Shown: piece by piece, positions 1 to 6,791 of the stretch
Position numbering within the stretch: the stretch's first letter is position 1
Layout: each line of letters begins with the position of its first letter
Program-made: the position numbers and the translations under genes
Source of the DNA: a virus
Taxonomy: Duplodnaviria > Caudoviricetes
Length of the DNA: 29,835 bases
Strand: one strand, 5' to 3'
IMG/VR virus record: IMGVR_UViG_3300033407_000092
Span: 1 to 29,835 of that record
The notes under the pieces: model-generated
Told to the model about the DNA's origin: nothing
What the model saw: only the letters and a program-made list of their open reading frames with translations
Database searches by the model: none

Positions 1-1
1 A

Positions 2-181
2 TTTTTCACCAGCATAGCTGAACAGGCCGCGCTTATCAGAGTAATATTAGATACCGTAGGCGTACAGTTCAACGAGACAATATCCACTGAAGAGCTGCAC
101 GATGACGGCTCACAGTATCACTTTGTCTTTCATACGTTTGATACGGACATGGACGACGACATCGACGACAACGAGGGGTAG
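2..181 (+). CDS. Partial (5'-truncated) hypothetical protein with acidic C-terminus
   Basis: Frame 2 is open from the window edge to TAG 179-181: FFTSIAEQAALIRVILDTVG...DTDMDDDIDDNEG*. Not in the ORF track; it abuts the next gene's RBS. Confidence 0.6.
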   Translation, partial: FFTSIAEQAALIRVILDTVGVQFNETISTEELHDDGSQYHFVFHTFDTDMDDDIDDNEG

Positions 182-188
182 AAAAACA

Positions 189-503
189 ATGAAAACTGAA
201 ATATTTAATAGTTACGCTGACTTCACCGCGCGCGAAGATAAAACGCTAAACGGCGTCTCTAAAGCGTTCGCGGCAAGCCATAGCGACTACGCAGACGAGC
301 GTAACAACGTCGGCTGCTGGAACTGCAACCACTGCAACGACTGCAACGACTGCATCTACTGCAACGACTGCAACCGCTGCAGCCTCTGCAACGACTGCAA
401 CGACTGCAACGACTGCAACGACTGCGAATTCTGCAACGACTGCAACGACTGCAACGACTGCAACCGCTGCAACGACTGCAGCTTTCAGGATTGTTCTTTT
501 TAA
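189..503 (+). CDS. Cys-x-x repeat protein, paralog 1 (104 aa, 20 Cys)
   Basis: Start moved to ATG 189: it follows AGGGGTAG and aligns with the start of paralog 1807..2262. Conserved head followed by (CND)n repeats. Confidence 0.85.
   Translation: MKTEIFNSYADFTAREDKTLNGVSKAFAASHSDYADERNNVGCWNCNHCNDCNDCIYCNDCNRCSLCNDCNDCNDCNDCEFCNDCNDCNDCNRCNDCSFQDCSF
315..485 (+). repeat. 9-bp tandem repeat, consensus TGCAACGAC, 19 units
   Basis: Read directly; encodes the C-x-x units. Confidence 0.95.
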
Positions 504-527
504 TAGCAAACGAGGAGTACCACCACA

Positions 528-983
528 ATGACTAAACAAGAAACTATTAACGCGCTAGCGCTGTTCCACTGCCGCATTGAGTTTAGCAAACCCCAGAACC
601 TGCGTTATCAAACAGGTATCGTGTTCCAAGTAGGCGGCCCCGCCGTCGGTAAAGTCACATTACGCAAAGGCCGCCTCCTAGCCATCCATTGGTACGGCGG
701 CATTAATAGTCATCGCTACCTGCAAGTAGCGTTTAACGAATACCTGTCATCCGGCTACTTCTTAACGGTTGACGAGTTCACCTCTCTGTGGAACCAAGCA
801 GAGCTTTTGTATCGCGAAGAAGCCGCAAAGCTAGCCGCCGAAGAGCACGAGACCAAAGTTTTCGACGATAAGCGCCAGTTTAAGCGCTACAATAAAGTTA
901 AGCCGCAATCGCCCGCGCACTTCTTTAACGCGCTGCTACGTCGCGAAATACCATTTGTTTATTGGCCAAAAACCGATAAGTAG
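528..983 (+). CDS. Hypothetical protein
   Basis: 151-aa ORF with GAGGAG RBS, co-oriented with neighbours; no motif recognised. Confidence 0.75.
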   Translation: MTKQETINALALFHCRIEFSKPQNLRYQTGIVFQVGGPAVGKVTLRKGRLLAIHWYGGINSHRYLQVAFNEYLSSGYFLTVDEFTSLWNQAELLYREEAAKLAAEEHETKVFDDKRQFKRYNKVKPQSPAHFFNALLRREIPFVYWPKTDK

Positions 984-1029
984 TCTACGCTAAAAGGGTA
1001 GCTAACTTTAAACGCCTAAGGAGGCAAAA

Positions 1030-1335
1030 ATGGAGCGTATCACTCATATGAATAACGAAAGGCTTCAGGTAATAATGCGTGACCTCGCTGCGTGCGGCGT
1101 GCTTGAGAACTTAGTCCTCACACTAGGATCAGGTTTTTTCAGGTTTATGCTGCCCCGATGGGTTCACACAACGATAGTATTTATAAAATCGTCGCTTATT
1201 TTGTCATACGCGAAGGAAATAGAATTCGTGATAGAACATCTTAGGCAGGGCAATATAGCGTTCGACGGCACCGAGTTTTTCGTGTTAACTAAACAGCAAA
1301 AAGAGAGGCTAATCAAAAATGAACATGAAGCATAA
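1030..1335 (+). CDS. Hypothetical protein
   Basis: 101-aa ORF preceded by TAAGGAGG. Confidence 0.75.
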   Translation: MERITHMNNERLQVIMRDLAACGVLENLVLTLGSGFFRFMLPRWVHTTIVFIKSSLILSYAKEIEFVIEHLRQGNIAFDGTEFFVLTKQQKERLIKNEHEA

Positions 1336-1789
1336 ATACATAACGGTTCACGCCAGCGCGACAAAGACAAGCCAAGATATCGGTGTTGAAGAGATCACAG
1401 AGTGGCACCAGGCAAGGGGCTACAGAACGATCGGGTACCACCTTGTTATCCGTCGCGACGGGACAGTACAGCCCGGCCGCGATATAAACATACGGGGCGC
1501 GCACGTAAAGGGCTACAACACTAGCAACATTGGAATATGCCTTATCGGCGGCGTAGATGACGACGGCAAACCTGAAAATAATTTCACTAACGAACAGTGG
1601 CTAACGCTGTGGTATGTGATATCCGAGTTAATGCGCCGCTACGGTATTGAGCTAGAAAACGTTAAGGGCCACCGGGACTGGCCAGGAGTTAAAAAAGCTT
1701 GCCCCTGTTTTGATGTCCAGGATAAGTTAGGGTCGTGGGATGAACGCGAAAGTTGGAAATCGCTTAGCGATCTTAAACAGCTCAAGTAA
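1319..1789 (+). CDS. N-acetylmuramoyl-L-alanine amidase (T7 lysozyme / Amidase_2 type endolysin)
   Basis: Motifs ITVHASAT, IGYH, GAHVKGYN, IGICLIGG, GHRD and KACP carry the Zn-binding His/His/Cys set and the catalytic Tyr. The start could be 1325. Confidence 0.92.
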   Translation: MNMKHKYITVHASATKTSQDIGVEEITEWHQARGYRTIGYHLVIRRDGTVQPGRDINIRGAHVKGYNTSNIGICLIGGVDDDGKPENNFTNEQWLTLWYVISELMRRYGIELENVKGHRDWPGVKKACPCFDVQDKLGSWDERESWKSLSDLKQLK

Positions 1790-1806
1790 ACAAAAAGGGG
1801 TAAGCC

Positions 1807-2262
1807 ATGAATACATTAATATTTAACAGCCGCGAAGAGTTCAACGCGCGTGCAGACAAAACAGTAAACGGCGTATCAAAAGAGTTTGCAAAAATTCATA
1901 GCGATTACGGCATCGAGTTTAACAACGTCGGCTGTTGGAACTGCCTAAGCTGCGAAAACTGCAAAGGCTGCACAAAATGCCGCCGCTGCACAAACTGCCT
2001 AAGCTGCACAAACTGCCTAAGCTGCGAAAGCTGCGAAAACTGCCTAAGCTGCGAAAACTGCCTAAGCTGCGAAAACTGCAAAGGCTGCGAAAACTGCCTA
2101 AGCTGCGAAAACTGCCTAAGCTGCGAAAACTGCAAAGGCTGCGAAAGCTGCGAAAACTGCCTAAGCTGCGAAAACTGCAAAGGCTGCGAAAGCTGCGAAA
2201 ACTGCGAAGTCTGTAACTTCTGCGCACACTTAAAATCCAGCGAAATTTACAACTTCCTCTAA
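1807..2262 (+). CDS. Cys-x-x repeat protein, paralog 2 (151 aa, 33 Cys)
   Basis: First 46 aa are 32/46 identical to 189..503, followed by CEN/CLS/CKG repeats. Confidence 0.85.
   Translation: MNTLIFNSREEFNARADKTVNGVSKEFAKIHSDYGIEFNNVGCWNCLSCENCKGCTKCRRCTNCLSCTNCLSCESCENCLSCENCLSCENCKGCENCLSCENCLSCENCKGCESCENCLSCENCKGCESCENCEVCNFCAHLKSSEIYNFL
1933..2229 (+). repeat. 9-bp tandem repeat TGC-NNA-NNC (TGCGAAAAC / TGCCTAAGC / TGCAAAGGC), 33 units
   Basis: Read directly. Confidence 0.95.
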
Positions 2263-2399
2263 GAGGTGCAGGCCAAAAGTGTGAATGTCAGGCACAGCGG
2301 AGATGGTATGTCTCTAGATCAGCAAGCGGTTATACTTGGCACTAAAAAAAACGTAGCGAAGTATATATTTAGCATCAACAAAAAAGGTAGGGGTTAATC

Positions 2400-3470
2400 A
2401 TGAGTAAAAAAATAGCATTTAAAGCGACAAATAAAGACCTCAGATGCCAGGAGCATCAATTTAAAATTGGTAAAGAGTACGCTCTTGACCCTAGTGTGAA
2501 AATAAAGGCCTGTTGTGATGGCTTTCACGCGTGTGAAAACCCGATTGACGTACTAGATTATTACCCGCTAATAGGGTCTCGTTTTTTCGTGGTTAAGCAG
2601 AGCGGAAGAATGGATGTGAAAGGTAATAAAACAGCATCTGAAAAAATTATTCTTAAAGAAGAGTTAGATTTGAAAGCGTTCATAGAGAAAATAGTTGAGC
2701 ACACACGGGACAGCCAGTCCACAACATCGATAGATGAATCCAGATACGCGCGGCTCGCATCTAGAAGCGATACAGCAACTTTGTTTGCATCAGGCGACTA
2801 TGCACATCTTACGGCCTCCGGGGCGCACTCACATCTTGTAGCCTCCGGAGATTGCGCGGCACTTGCAGCATCCGGGGCTTACTCGTATCTTGTCGCATCT
2901 GGATATGCTGTGCATCTTAGCGCCTCCAGACAATATTCATGTCTCGCGGCCTCCGGTGACTTGGCAAGGCTTTCCGCTACAGCTAACGAGGCACAACTTG
3001 CGGCCTCCGGCGTTAACGCAAAAATTATGTCCTCCGGCGATAATACACGAATTGCGGCCACAGGCGACAGTTCAAAACTTGCGGCCGCGGGTGATTTCGC
3101 GCAAATTACGGCTTCTGGCGGCAGCTCAAGGCTTACGGCCTCCGGCTACGGCGCAAGACTTACGGCTACGGGTGACAATTCTATTCTCAACGCCTCCGGT
3201 GATAAGTGTACTCTCAACGCCTCAGGCGTTAACGCGCATCTTTACGCGTCAGGTTTCGGCTCAGGCCTTACTGCGTCAGGTAGTGGTAGCGTAATAATAG
3301 CAACAGGGATGGGTAGTAAGGTTAGCGGATGCAAGGGTACGTTTGTTTGCTTGATGCATTACTTTGACGGGTTTCCTGTTGAATTGGTGAGAGGGAAGAT
3401 AGGCGAGGACGGGTTAAAAGAAAATGTGGTGTACGAACTTGACGCAAACGGTAATTTCGTAAAGGTATAA
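2400..3470 (+). CDS. DUF7666-like phage protein with central 9-aa (ASG) solenoid repeats, paralog 1
   Basis: N-terminal FKA..KDLRC...F.IGKEY..C..GFHACENP.DV..YY...SRF; repeated xASGxxxxL; C-terminal G.IGEDGLKENV.Y.LD..G.F. Confidence 0.8.
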   Translation: MSKKIAFKATNKDLRCQEHQFKIGKEYALDPSVKIKACCDGFHACENPIDVLDYYPLIGSRFFVVKQSGRMDVKGNKTASEKIILKEELDLKAFIEKIVEHTRDSQSTTSIDESRYARLASRSDTATLFASGDYAHLTASGAHSHLVASGDCAALAASGAYSYLVASGYAVHLSASRQYSCLAASGDLARLSATANEAQLAASGVNAKIMSSGDNTRIAATGDSSKLAAAGDFAQITASGGSSRLTASGYGARLTATGDNSILNASGDKCTLNASGVNAHLYASGFGSGLTASGSGSVIIATGMGSKVSGCKGTFVCLMHYFDGFPVELVRGKIGEDGLKENVVYELDANGNFVKV

Positions 3471-3492
3471 ACTAAAAAGGTAGAGATAAGTC

Positions 3493-4434
3493 ATGAAAAA
3501 ATTAATGTTTAAAGCGACAGATAAAGACTTAAGGAGTTGTAAATATTACCGGTTTGAAATTGGCAAAGAGCATGCTACGACAGGTAAAATAGAAGCGTGT
3601 AAAAATGGTTTTCACGCGTGTGAGAACCCGCTTGACGTCTTAATGTATTACCCGTTAATTGGCTCGCGTTTTTTCGTGGTTAAGCAGCGCGGGGCGAAAG
3701 ACATAGAAGAAAACAAAACAGCATCCGAAAAAATAGTTCTCGAAAAAGAGCTGGATTTAAAATCTTTTATAGAATACGCAGTTATTCACGCACGTAAGTA
3801 TGCGAATACCGGCTATGCAGCCGTACTTGCAGATTCCAACGACGGGTCAAAAATTGCAGTAGCTGGCAGCCATGCACAAATCGCTGCATCTGGTGATTCT
3901 ACGCAGATTGTCGCCTCTGGTGAGTCCACGTGGCTCGCGGCCGCAGGCACAGGCTCAAAACTAGTAGCTTTCCGGGGTAACTCAGCGCTTGCGTCGTCTG
4001 GTTACAACTCGAAACTTATGTCCTCTGGCGACGAGTCAAGACTAGCAGCCTCCGGCAACAACTCAGAGATTGCAGCTTTGGGGTTTAGAACAGGCATCGT
4101 ATCCTCTGGAAGCAGTTCAACCCTCAAGTCATTCGGCGATAAGTCGGAAATTGCGGCAACGGGCTTCCGGTCAATACTTGTGGCGTCTGGGGGTCTCTCA
4201 AGACTTGTGGCGTCTGGCGATAATGCCCGAATCACGGCGTCTGGGTGTAATAGTGTAGTAGCGGCTGTGGGGCAGGATAGTATGGTTAGCGGATGCAATG
4301 GTACGCTTATCTGCTTAACGCATTACGTGGGTGGATTACCAGTTAAATTCGTAACAGGTAAAATAGGCGAGAAGGGATTAAAAGAGAACGTATCATATGG
4401 ACTTGATAGAAAAGGTAGGTTTGTAGAAGTATAA
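3493..4434 (+). CDS. DUF7666-like phage protein, paralog 2
   Basis: Same architecture as 2400..3470 with fewer, diverged repeats. Confidence 0.8.
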   Translation: MKKLMFKATDKDLRSCKYYRFEIGKEHATTGKIEACKNGFHACENPLDVLMYYPLIGSRFFVVKQRGAKDIEENKTASEKIVLEKELDLKSFIEYAVIHARKYANTGYAAVLADSNDGSKIAVAGSHAQIAASGDSTQIVASGESTWLAAAGTGSKLVAFRGNSALASSGYNSKLMSSGDESRLAASGNNSEIAALGFRTGIVSSGSSSTLKSFGDKSEIAATGFRSILVASGGLSRLVASGDNARITASGCNSVVAAVGQDSMVSGCNGTLICLTHYVGGLPVKFVTGKIGEKGLKENVSYGLDRKGRFVEV

Positions 4435-4465
4435 ACATAAACAGCAACTAAAAGGTAGATTTAAT

Positions 4466-4720
4466 ATGAAAACTAAAACAGAAACTAAAACAGCTAGTGT
4501 AACTAATGACGCAGAGTTCGGCGCACTTTCCGTCCAATTAACCAATGTCTATATAACTAACGGCTTAAACGCAGAGGAGGCACTAAACCATCTTACTTGT
4601 TACATGTTAGAGGTTCTACTTTGCGTGGGGGTATCTGAGGCAGAAGCCGTGAGCAGCCAAGGGAAACACATGCAATTAACGATTACTGATGTCAGTGAAG
4701 AAAACGGCGCGCTTAACTAA
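4466..4720 (+). CDS. Small acidic hypothetical protein, paralog 1
   Basis: AAAGGTAG RBS; about 55% identical (41/75 by hand) to 4811..5056. Confidence 0.85.
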   Translation: MKTKTETKTASVTNDAEFGALSVQLTNVYITNGLNAEEALNHLTCYMLEVLLCVGVSEAEAVSSQGKHMQLTITDVSEENGALN

Positions 4721-4752
4721 TAGAGGCCTAAGCTGCGCTAAAACCGACAGGC

Positions 4753-4779
4753 GCAAATGGTAAGTTCGTAGAAGTATAA
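4753..4779 (+). pseudogene. Relic 3' end of a DUF7666-like gene (ANGKFVEV*)
   Basis: GCA AAT GGT AAG TTC GTA GAA GTA TAA matches the ends ANGNFVKV* (3444-3470) and RKGRFVEV* (4408-4434). Confidence 0.75.
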
Positions 4780-4810
4780 ACATAAACAACAACTAAAAGG
4801 TAGATTTAAT

Positions 4811-5056
4811 ATGAAAACTAAAATAGCTAGTGTAACTAATGACGCGGCGTTCAATGAAATTTCAGGTAAAGTAATTCAGGTTTATGTGGATAAGGGCTTA
4901 GAGCCAGAGGACGCAATAAAACATCTTACTTGCTTATTGTTAGAGCTTCTCCTTCATAATGGGGTATATGAAATTGAAGGAGGGAACAGCCAAGGAAAAT
5001 ACATGCACTTAAAGATTATTGATGTTAGTGAAGACTTAGGCACGCTTAACTCATAG
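4811..5056 (+). CDS. Small acidic hypothetical protein, paralog 2
   Basis: Same leader as 4466..4720; shared ASVTNDA, HLTC, SQGK and DVSE motifs. Confidence 0.85.
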   Translation: MKTKIASVTNDAAFNEISGKVIQVYVDKGLEPEDAIKHLTCLLLELLLHNGVYEIEGGNSQGKYMHLKIIDVSEDLGTLNS

Positions 5057-5066
5057 ATGCTAAGCG

Positions 5067-5105
5067 GCGCTAAAACCGACAGGCACAAATGGTCGGTTTT
5101 AGCGC
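5067..5105. repeat. Perfect 14-bp inverted repeat with 11-nt loop (possible terminator or processing hairpin)
   Basis: GCGCTAAAACCGAC (5067-5080) / GTCGGTTTTAGCGC (5092-5105); no U-tract follows. Confidence 0.85.
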
Positions 5106-5116
5106 GACTCATATCC

Positions 5117-5161
5117 AATATGTAAAACGTGTGATAATATACCTAACACGTTTTACATATT
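5117..5161. promoter_or_regulatory. Perfect 16-bp inverted repeat with 13-nt spacer around an extended -10-like element, upstream of terS
   Basis: AATATGTAAAACGTGT (5117-5132) / ACACGTTTTACATATT (5146-5161); TGT-GATAAT at 5130-5138. The repeat is seen; its function is inferred. Confidence 0.65.
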
Positions 5162-5189
5162 AAATATGATATTACAGGTGATACGAATT

Positions 5190-5960
5190 ATGAAATTCAA
5201 AAAGCTAACTAAGTCAGAAATGCGGATAATTAATTATTACGTTATTCACCGGGACCGCTCAAAAGCGTATCGCCTGGGTTATCCGCAAAGCGTCAACTGG
5301 AAAGATGAAACGGTTAAGGCTAAGGCTGACGAGTTTTTCGACTCAGAAAGAATAAAATATTACAGGGGATTCAAGGACGGCGGTATCGTGGTGGCCGACG
5401 AGGACGAAATAATGACGGAAGAGGAAGTACTCTATGAGATCGATAGAGTGCCTGCTGTTGGAGCGCACAACGGCGGCGGTCGCCCGTCAAGATACCGCCC
5501 CGAATTTCCGCAGATGATGATCAACTTCTTCGATATCGGCCCACAAAAAATAATAGAAAACGTGAACGAAGAAACCGGAGAAGTAACTCACACAGTACTA
5601 ACCAATATATTCCCAACCAAAGAGGCATTCGCGGCATCTCTCAGAGTGAGCATGCAGACGCTGAACGATTGGGCCACTAAAAAAGATGAGTTTGGCGAGT
5701 TCAGATACCCTGAATTTGCCGAGGCCTACGAAATTGTGGGCGCTATGCAAGAGTCAATCCTAATTACAAACACGCTCATGGGTAAGTATAACGCCAATTT
5801 TGCTCAGTTTATATCCAAGGTTAAATTGGGGTATGAAGAAAAAAGCAAGTTGGTGGTGGAAGGTGGTGATAAGCCAATAGTGTTGATAGGTGCCAATATG
5901 ACGGCTGAAGAAGCCGACGTAATATATCGTGAGTTTTTACTCGGCAATAAAGAAAAGTAG
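5190..5960 (+). CDS. terS: Terminase small subunit (apparently two TerS-type domains)
   Basis: Start moved to ATG 5190 (AGGTGA RBS). N-terminal LT..E....Y......SKAYRLGY..KDETV..KA; central GRPSRYRPEF..FPT.E.FA..L.VS..TL.DWA..YPEF.EAY..QE..YNANFA.F; C-terminal MTAEEA..IY. Confidence 0.8.
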   Translation: MKFKKLTKSEMRIINYYVIHRDRSKAYRLGYPQSVNWKDETVKAKADEFFDSERIKYYRGFKDGGIVVADEDEIMTEEEVLYEIDRVPAVGAHNGGGRPSRYRPEFPQMMINFFDIGPQKIIENVNEETGEVTHTVLTNIFPTKEAFAASLRVSMQTLNDWATKKDEFGEFRYPEFAEAYEIVGAMQESILITNTLMGKYNANFAQFISKVKLGYEEKSKLVVEGGDKPIVLIGANMTAEEADVIYREFLLGNKEK

Positions 5961-5970
5961 GGTGGTTAAC

Positions 5971-6153
5971 ATGGAATCATGGCAAGTAAGATTACAAATA
6001 GAGGCGATGGCTTGTGTTGTTCGTGTAGAGGGTATGAAGGCGGAAAATCAAGCTAGAATCCAAAATGGGGAAGCGATTGCATATGTAGCAGGCCATTTCA
6101 ATGAAGAGGCCGGAGAGCTATCTCGGCTAGCTCGTGAAATAGGAATGGGTTAA
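5971..6153 (+). CDS. Hypothetical phage protein (60 aa)
   Basis: Start moved to ATG 5971 after GGGTGG; EGMKAENQ.R...G..IAY resembles a motif common in small phage proteins. Confidence 0.7.
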   Translation: MESWQVRLQIEAMACVVRVEGMKAENQARIQNGEAIAYVAGHFNEEAGELSRLAREIGMG

Positions 6154-6157
6154 ACAA

Positions 6158-6328
6158 ATGATTAGCAGAAAAAGGCCGATGGCAGTAGAAAAAGTTAAGG
6201 ATATTAAATTGATGCTATTGTTTTCAGGGCTTAAAGTAAAAGAGATAGCGCGCTATCACGGTATCAGCCCAGGGTCAGTATCACAGATAAAACGCGGCGA
6301 TATATGGGCCGACGTCGATATTGATTAG
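6158..6328 (+). CDS. Small HTH DNA-binding protein (56 aa), missing from the ORF track
   Basis: MISRKRPMAVEKVKDIKLMLLFSGLKVKEIARYHGISPGSVSQIKRGDIWADVDID*; contains the HTH pattern EIA..HGIS..SVS.IKRG..W. Confidence 0.75.
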   Translation: MISRKRPMAVEKVKDIKLMLLFSGLKVKEIARYHGISPGSVSQIKRGDIWADVDID

Positions 6329-6368
6329 CATCGCTAACATTTTTTATTATTACTTTTTATAACAAAAC

Positions 6369-6396
6369 TTGATATTTTTAAATTTTGTACTAGTAT
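6369..6396 (+). promoter_or_regulatory. Putative sigma70 promoter
   Basis: TTGATA-N16-TAGTAT in AT-rich intergenic DNA before 6424. Confidence 0.45.
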
Positions 6397-6423
6397 TAGA
6401 GTTAAAAGGCGGGGAGAACTAAG

Positions 6424-6669
6424 ATGAACACATATAAATATGATGGGGAGTTAGCGACCCTAGTGCGTTTAATGCGATCAGTAAGCCTGGAATGCGAGGT
6501 TGGTATCTTCCCTATTCGTGACTCGGGAAAAATACGGCTCGTGTGGATTAACCGCCAGCATTCGCACATTAGAACTTTTGACGCGACGTTCAATACCACA
6601 CAGGCCAACTTGAAGAATATAAAGTTCGTGCATGCATTACAAGACGCCAAAAAAGCCATGCGCGATTAG
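6424..6669 (+). CDS. Hypothetical protein
   Basis: 81-aa ORF with GGGGAG RBS. Confidence 0.7.
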   Translation: MNTYKYDGELATLVRLMRSVSLECEVGIFPIRDSGKIRLVWINRQHSHIRTFDATFNTTQANLKNIKFVHALQDAKKAMRD

Positions 6670-6678
6670 TACAAGTTT

Positions 6679-6758
6679 AAAAAATCCTAACTACCTTAGG
6701 ATCTGGCGGTCGAAAGGCTAAAATATATGGACTCGCCCACCTGAGCCAAAAACGGGCC
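6679..6758 (-). ncRNA. Candidate ~80-nt small RNA (5' pseudoknot plus terminator hairpin)
   Basis: Lies downstream of a - strand promoter. GCCCGUUU/AGGUGGGC stem whose loop GGCUC can pair with GAGUC; ends in AUCCUAA/UUAGGAU plus a U-run. Confidence 0.45.
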
Positions 6759-6762
6759 ACTA

Positions 6763-6791
6763 ATTTTATACTAGCAACGTTGAGGTGACAA
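6763..6791 (-). promoter_or_regulatory. Putative antisense sigma70 promoter
   Basis: TTGTCA (6791-6786)-N17-TAAAAT (6768-6763). Confidence 0.55.

Larger units (their letters stand above)
4423..4823 (+). repeat. 56-bp direct repeat (4423-4478 and 4768-4823, one mismatch) marking a ~345-bp tandem duplication
   Basis: GTAGAAGTATAAACATAAACA(G/A)CAACTAAAAGGTAGATTTAATATGAAAACTAAAA occurs in both copies. Confidence 0.92.

Noticed and set aside
102-188. N-terminal extension of the first Cys-rich ORF
   Set aside because: It overlaps an upstream CDS in another frame; paralog alignment and the RBS place the start at 189.
246-539. Antisense ORFs (VAV- and SRC-repeat proteins)
   Set aside because: Stop-free shadows of the 9-bp repeat; the + frame has an RBS and a paralog.
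1905-2227. Alternative-frame ORFs, including a Lys/Leu/Arg-rich peptide resembling an antimicrobial peptide
   Set aside because: Confined to the repeat array, with no RBS; by-products of 9-bp periodicity.
315-2229. A complete diversity-generating retroelement
   Set aside because: No reverse transcriptase, and the two arrays are not a TR/VR pair differing only at adenines; kept only as a codon-pattern observation.
2263-2399. A fourth promoter-sRNA unit in this intergenic gap
   Set aside because: Only weak hairpins, and no well-spaced -35/-10 pair on either strand.
6700-6760. Known riboswitch (ZTP or c-di-GMP-I) on the + strand
   Set aside because: Only fragments (CUGGCG, a GAAA tetraloop) resemble them; the required conserved cores and P1 stems are not evident.
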